This document shows, piece by piece, positions 28,805 through 32,000 of a stretch of 32,000 nt of DNA. The position numbers and the translations under genes were made by a program. Where the stretch lies: contig NZ_CP076228.1 of assembly GCF_021378375.1 (NCBI RefSeq), positions 840,001 through 872,000 of the forward strand. Direction: 5' to 3'. The notes beneath the pieces were generated by a model. The model had not been told where the DNA came from, ran no database searches, and saw only the letters and a list, made by a program, of their open reading frames with translations. Origin of the DNA: Wolbachia endosymbiont of Drosophila innubila. Lineage in GTDB: Bacteria > Pseudomonadota > Alphaproteobacteria > Rickettsiales > Anaplasmataceae. Within the stretch, counting starts at the first letter, position 1. The number at the start of each line of letters is the position of its first letter.

Positions 28805-29373
28805 AATTTATACTCTTTACCTTGCAGAAGATTCACAATATTTCTGTGGTGTTTTAGGAAGACCAGTGCTCCTATAATTAGTAATGTTAAGAACAAATTC
28901 CTCTGAAAAAAAAAGGACCATGCTACAGCCGTTGAAGTAGCACTGAGTGAAGCAAGGGAAGAGTATCTAAAGGCAAGAAAGACTATTATCCAAATTATTA
29001 CGAATACTAAAGTAATATCGATGTTAAATGCTATCAGTATCCCTAGAGTGGTTGCAACGCCCTTTCCTCCACTGAATTTTAGCCAAATAGGAAACATGTG
29101 TCCTAAAACTGCTAAAATTGCAGATACATATATATAAAAATCGTTATTATCACAAAATTGTTGTGCTATATAAACGGCAATAAATCCCTTAAAGGAATCC
29201 AGAAATAATGCCAAAGCAGCAAGAAATTTATTTCCCCTCCTTGCAACGTTTGTAGCACCAATGTTTCCTGAACCTACTTCTCTTAAGTTTATCCCTTTTA
29301 TTCTTGTAATGATTAAGCTAAACGGTATTGAACCGAGTATGTAGGACAGTATAAGGACTACATACTTTTCCAT
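28795..29373 (-). CDS. plsY: glycerol-3-phosphate acyltransferase PlsY
   Basis: YILGSIPFSLIITRIKGINLREVGSGNIGATNVARRG, GHMFPIWLKFSGGKGVATTLG, HHRNIVNLLQGKEYK. Confidence 0.96.
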   Translation of the reverse strand: MEKYVVLILSYILGSIPFSLIITRIKGINLREVGSGNIGATNVARRGNKFLAALALFLDSFKGFIAVYIAQQFCDNNDFYIYVSAILAVLGHMFPIWLKFSGGKGVATTLGILIAFNIDITLVFVIIWIIVFLAFRYSSLASLSATSTAVAWSFFFQRNLFLTLLIIGALVFLKHHRNIVNLLQGKEYKFYR

Positions 29374-29385
29374 TATACCAAGAAC

Positions 29386-30852
29386 CTAATTAATTTTATT
29401 ATTCCTCAGCCTTTTTAGGTAGCACTGAACTTCATCGTTAATCTGATTACTAAACAGTATAAGCGCTGTCATATTGATGAGAGCTAAACAAGAGAATAAA
29501 GTTCCACCGATATTGGCAATAGCCATTATATCTTTAGAAAGACCAGAGAAAAACGCCACAATTATTACCGCTATGCGGTATATCACTATACTTTTTGCAC
29601 CGAATAAATATAGCCACCCCATTTCACAACAATATACAAACGAAATTACTGAAGAAAATGCAAACAAAGGAGCAGCTACTGTTAGAAGGATAGGAAACCA
29701 TGGAGAAACTGTCTCAAATGCTTTGTGAGTAATTAATATTCCCTCACCAACACCTGTTTGGTATGCACCTGTTATTACTATTGTTATTCCTGTTAAACAG
29801 CAAATTAACATTGTGTCAAAGCATGGTTCTATCATAGCGACTAGACCAGTTCTTACTGGTTCTTCATCTTTAGTTGTTGCATGAGTAATTGAAGCAGAAC
29901 CAACACCTGCTTCGCTGGCAAAGATTGCCCTTTGAATTCCAGCAACAAATGCTCCTACCATCCCTCCGCCAACAGCATTGAAATCTATCATAGTGGAAAA
30001 TAATATTTTCAACGTATAACCAAGGTTATGAATATTAAATGCAATAATAATAATACAACTCAAGATATATATAAGTGACATAATAGGCACTAGTGCAGAA
30101 GATACTCTAGCTATCCTTTTAATTCCGCCAATAATCACTAGAGCAAGCAGCGCAGAAATTATGGAAGAAAGAAACCAAGAGTGACCATCTACCCAACTTG
30201 AATAGCCAGATAATATTGAAACCATTTGGTTGGTTTGAAACGCTACACTTCCACCAAGACCTGATAATACAAAGAATACTGCATACATGGCAGCCAGCAC
30301 AATACCAAGTTTTTTAAATCCAAATTCCTCCAGACCATTCCTTATATACTGAAAGGGACCACTAAACAATTGGTCCTGATCTTCTGTTCTATGTCTAAAC
30401 GCCAACGTTACCTCAGCAAATTTTGTTGACATACCAAAAAAACCTGTAATCATCATCCAAGGCACCGCTCCTGGTCCACCCATTGAAACTGCAATTGCGA
30501 CTCCAGCAACAGTTCCAAGGCCTACTGTGCTTGAAAGTGCAGTCATAAATGCCTGAAAATGCGTAATATGACCATCATGGTGATTCGTGTCATATTTTCC
30601 ACATAAAATAGCAAACGCATGCTTAAACATTCTTATGTTGAGAAATCCAAAACGTAATGTTAGAAACACATAACCAAAAACTAGTAGAAGGATTATAAAT
30701 GGCACGTAAAGGATCTTGAAAAACAGTACTTCATTCATGAAGTTATTTATTCCATTCAACACAGCGTCATAACTTTCGTAAAAACCTGAAACAGCGTACA
30801 CATCATTAAACAATAGGCAAAATAACACCATACAAAGCAATCTATAAATCAT
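29386..30852 (-). CDS. amino acid (alanine/glycine):cation symporter family (AGCS) protein
   Basis: FQAFMTALSSTVGLGTVAGVAIAVSMGGPGAVPWMMITGFFGMSTKFAEVTLAFRHR, QTNQMVSIL, IFASEAGVGSASITHATT. Confidence 0.9.
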   Translation of the reverse strand: MIYRLLCMVLFCLLFNDVYAVSGFYESYDAVLNGINNFMNEVLFFKILYVPFIILLLVFGYVFLTLRFGFLNIRMFKHAFAILCGKYDTNHHDGHITHFQAFMTALSSTVGLGTVAGVAIAVSMGGPGAVPWMMITGFFGMSTKFAEVTLAFRHRTEDQDQLFSGPFQYIRNGLEEFGFKKLGIVLAAMYAVFFVLSGLGGSVAFQTNQMVSILSGYSSWVDGHSWFLSSIISALLALVIIGGIKRIARVSSALVPIMSLIYILSCIIIIAFNIHNLGYTLKILFSTMIDFNAVGGGMVGAFVAGIQRAIFASEAGVGSASITHATTKDEEPVRTGLVAMIEPCFDTMLICCLTGITIVITGAYQTGVGEGILITHKAFETVSPWFPILLTVAAPLFAFSSVISFVYCCEMGWLYLFGAKSIVIYRIAVIIVAFFSGLSKDIMAIANIGGTLFSCLALINMTALILFSNQINDEVQCYLKRLRNNKIN

Positions 30853-30853
30853 G

Positions 30854-32000
30854 TTAATACCCTTTAGAATTGTAATAAGAATCTATTGTATTCAAAACTT
30901 CCCTTCTTAGTAGATATATTGCAACAGCATTTGGAATCATAAGGCACATAAACAAACTGTCACCTAGATAAGATATAAATTCTATATTCTTTGACATACA
31001 GCTGATATACACTGAAACCACTATAAGAATTTGGAACGGTATCAGTATTTTTTTACTACCAAATAAATACAGCAAAGCAACTTCACAGTAGTAACAATAA
31101 GCTATTATTGTGGAAAATGCAAAGGAAAACATCATTAGCGGAAAAACTAACTTGCTGAACAAGGGCAAAGCTGTTGAAAATATCGAACTAATTAGTGTAA
31201 TATCACCCACGTTATCAGTGCTATGCATACCAGTGATAATTATCACAATACCAGTCAAAAATGAGATTAATATTGTGTCTATAAGTGGTGCAATCATTGC
31301 AACGCACCCAACTTTAATTGGATCTTCTTCTTTTACAGCTGAATGTGCTATAGCTGCTGTTCCGGTACCTGCTTCGTTAGCAAACACTGATCTTCTCACT
31401 CCGGCTATTAATCCGCTCAATACTCCGCTTCCTATAGCTGATTTATTGAAGATATCTTGGAATATTATGGATAGAGCATTCAGCAAATTACTTCCGTTTA
31501 CATAAATTAAATATATACACATACCCACATATAGCACTATCATAATTGGTGCTAAGCTCGTTGAAACGAAAGCAATGCGCTTTATCCCTCCCAATATTAC
31601 AATAAAGACAAGCAGGGATATAATAATGGATGCGTTGTATTCTAGGAGGTTATTTGATAGTACTGCTATTTGATTTGCTTGAAATGGTATACCGCCCAAA
31701 ATCATTGCAATAAGTAGCATAATCGCATAAGTGAAGGCAAGAAATCTACCAGTTTTTGCAAATCCAATTTTTGCAAGCCCGTACTTCATGTAATAAAAAG
31801 CCCCGCCAGTTGTATTTTCAGAGCGATAAGTAAATGCAAGCACCACCTCGGCAAACTTTATCGACATACCAAGTATTCCGGTAATTACCATCCAAAAAAC
31901 TGCACTTGGGCCCCCTATTGTGATAGCTATTGCAACTCCTGATATTGTTCCAAGACCAACTGTTCCTGAAATTACTGTTGCAAACGCTTGAATATGAGTG
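30854..32000 (-). CDS. second AGCS-family symporter, 5' end beyond the window
   Basis: Frame stays open upstream of the annotated ATG at 31891 (THIQAFATVISGTVGLGTISGVAIAITIGGPSAVFWM-VITGILGMSIKFAEVVLAF), so the track ORF is truncated; VFANEAGTGTAAIAHSAVKEEDP. Confidence 0.88.
   Translation of the reverse strand, partial: THIQAFATVISGTVGLGTISGVAIAITIGGPSAVFWMVITGILGMSIKFAEVVLAFTYRSENTTGGAFYYMKYGLAKIGFAKTGRFLAFTYAIMLLIAMILGGIPFQANQIAVLSNNLLEYNASIIISLLVFIVILGGIKRIAFVSTSLAPIMIVLYVGMCIYLIYVNGSNLLNALSIIFQDIFNKSAIGSGVLSGLIAGVRRSVFANEAGTGTAAIAHSAVKEEDPIKVGCVAMIAPLIDTILISFLTGIVIIITGMHSTDNVGDITLISSIFSTALPLFSKLVFPLMMFSFAFSTIIAYCYYCEVALLYLFGSKKILIPFQILIVVSVYISCMSKNIEFISYLGDSLFMCLMIPNAVAIYLLRREVLNTIDSYYNSKGY

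Overview
This 32 kb window has AT-rich, Wolbachia-like (Rickettsiales) character. This is inferred from gene content, IS families and short GC-rich palindromic repeats; no database search was run. The backbone carries fabD, rpmE, NAD kinase, rnd, trxA, a folate operon, radA, ftsY, iscU-iscA-hscB-hscA, lepB, pyrB, a ferric-iron binding protein, plsY and two tandem AGCS-type symporters. There are two tRNAs: Gly(GCC) on the minus strand and a CAT-anticodon tRNA on the plus strand. Accessory DNA consists of decayed IS3, IS630, IS5/IS903, IS66 and IS5/IS1031-type elements plus a repeat family present in three copies. Main leads: (1) a CADD-folB-folKP-folA-CofE-like operon that resembles the chlamydial folate cluster and lies between two nearly identical ~0.54 kb inverted repeats; (2) a truncated phage-like structural cassette, with a possible coat protein, whose downstream gene is interrupted by a group II intron so that splicing would restore a 376-aa ORF, although the intron RT has a frameshift at an A6 run; (3) a 325-bp MITE-like element with 17-bp terminal inverted repeats and a perfect 9-bp target duplication inside a Wolbachia-type palindromic repeat; (4) the 5' and 3' parts of an IS66 element in opposite orientation around pyrB and the iron-binding gene, consistent with a past inversion.
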